This document shows positions 62,963-64,000 of a stretch of DNA of 64,000 nucleotides, piece after piece. The translations under genes were made by a program, and so were the position numbers. Positions within the stretch are counted from its first letter, which is position 1. Each line of letters starts with the position of its first letter. The notes below the pieces were generated by a model. The model saw only the letters and a list, made by a program, of their open reading frames with translations, did no database searches and was not told the origin of the DNA. This DNA is from Bacillota bacterium (lineage in GTDB: Bacteria; Bacillota; Clostridia; Oscillospirales; SIG627), in NCBI GenBank assembly GCA_029006345.1, contig JAQXGK010000032.1:8566-72565 (forward strand), in the 5' to 3' direction.

Positions 62963-64000
62963 ATGAAAAGAAACCATAATAATAACGATCCGTCGTCTAT
63001 AGAAACAGACGAAAAAGCTGTCGGCAAGCTCAAGCCTACTGCAAAATCCATGCTTAAGTCAGCACTGGTTATATTTATACTCGGCTTGGTTGTAACCGTG
63101 GTAAGCTGGATAGTCTGCGCCGCACAGGATATTAACCTGTATTCAAGCTCTCTGACTGAAAATGACTACAGGACTTTCACTCAAACGATAACCGAAATTC
63201 TTGATAACAGCGAAAACGCCACAAAGAATCACTTGTCCGACGACAGCTACCCGATATTTACGGCGATAGATATTTCTTCACTGGTCGGAAGCATTGAAAT
63301 AGTATCTACCGATACAGACTCATTTATCGAATTCAATAATGTCGATATTAATAACCTTAACTGCTGTATTGACGGCGATATTCTTGTAATAAGTGAGAAA
63401 TACCCCGTCTCATTTATGGGCTTCGAGGTTAATTCGGAAAATCTCGGCTTCGCCGGCCTCAGACAAATATTTCTTCTTAATACTGCAAAATCAAGCCGCA
63501 GCATCATTCTGCACTTAAATCCGGAGCAAATCCCGGATTTGGTCTCGGCGAACATATCTTCTATCATCGGTACCGTCAGCATAGACGGTCTTACCGCCGG
63601 CAAAATCCAAATCAGCGATAAATACGGCAAGGTTACGGTAACCGACTCTTCGGCTAATTCCGAAATCAGAATCGACGGCAATAAGCTGAATGTGGATTTT
63701 ACCAACAACAAATATCAAAAATGCAATATTAAAACCATTCTCGGAGATATTAAAGCCGATGTAAACTGCGGCGTGGCCATACTGAAAACAGACATAGGCT
63801 CGGTCGATCTCACTGTTTCCGGCTCACTCGACGAATACGGCATAATGCTCGAGCCCGGCAGAGGCAGTATTACCGCAAACGGCGTCACATTAAGTGAAAA
63901 GAGTATCAAGCACCTAAGATCGACAACCGATACGGTAAAGGTGAATACAACGCTCGGTTCGATTTCCGTCACTTACGATCCGCAATATACGTTAAATGCA
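62963..64000 (+). CDS. DUF4097-like (putative adhesin/beta-helix repeat) membrane-anchored protein, 3' end outside the window
   Basis: Not in the ORF track because it is open at the right edge. ATG 62963 and no stop through 64000. One TM helix, then repeated G-x-I/V-x-V/I strand motifs (GSIEIVS, GTVSIDG, GKVTVTD, GDIKADV, GSVDLTV, GSISVTY). Confidence 0.6.
   Translation, partial: MKRNHNNNDPSSIETDEKAVGKLKPTAKSMLKSALVIFILGLVVTVVSWIVCAAQDINLYSSSLTENDYRTFTQTITEILDNSENATKNHLSDDSYPIFTAIDISSLVGSIEIVSTDTDSFIEFNNVDINNLNCCIDGDILVISEKYPVSFMGFEVNSENLGFAGLRQIFLLNTAKSSRSIILHLNPEQIPDLVSANISSIIGTVSIDGLTAGKIQISDKYGKVTVTDSSANSEIRIDGNKLNVDFTNNKYQKCNIKTILGDIKADVNCGVAILKTDIGSVDLTVSGSLDEYGIMLEPGRGSITANGVTLSEKSIKHLRSTTDTVKVNTTLGSISVTYDPQYTLNA

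Overview
This is a 64-kb chromosomal segment from a spore-forming Firmicute of Clostridia type, judged from spoIIGA-sigE, cwlD, yabP-yabQ-divIC and SCIFF/ScfB. It is gene dense, with about 67 CDS, two of which run off the window edges. Most genes are core functions: a 4-subunit 2-oxoacid:ferredoxin oxidoreductase, ispD-ispF, two GH20-type hexosaminidases, efp, an M24 aminopeptidase, amino-acid and spermidine/putrescine ABC importers, a MacB-type ABC exporter, mntP, aroA-aroB, a PPi-type phosphofructokinase, metA, hslO, queT behind a preQ1-I riboswitch, radA-mazG-hup-yabO-yabP-yabQ-divIC, hpf, and a Na+-translocating biotin decarboxylase operon. I recognised no rRNA, tRNA, CRISPR array, IS element or prophage. 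Four things stand out. (i) A ~1654-aa DUF4011 / SF1-helicase / Vsr-like-nuclease fusion has the Hhe-like architecture, but its P-loop Lys, Walker-B Glu, motif III and nuclease acidic position all read as substituted. It has its own consensus promoter and a leader carrying two pairs of direct repeats. (ii) There are two diverged modules of a VTC-domain (polyphosphate-polymerase-like) protein plus a DUF4956 membrane protein, and one module is translationally coupled to two amidohydrolase-fold genes. (iii) A 49-aa SCIFF precursor with a TTG start, below the ORF-track length cutoff, sits upstream of its radical-SAM maturase with an attenuator hairpin between them. (iv) A decarboxylase operon combines a divergent acyl-CoA-type and a 5S/OadA-type carboxyltransferase around one biotin carrier and one Na+ pump. 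All functional calls rest on my own reading of motifs and gene order, and no database search was run. The ORF track uses ATG, GTG and TTG starts, and I trimmed several ORFs to better-supported starts.
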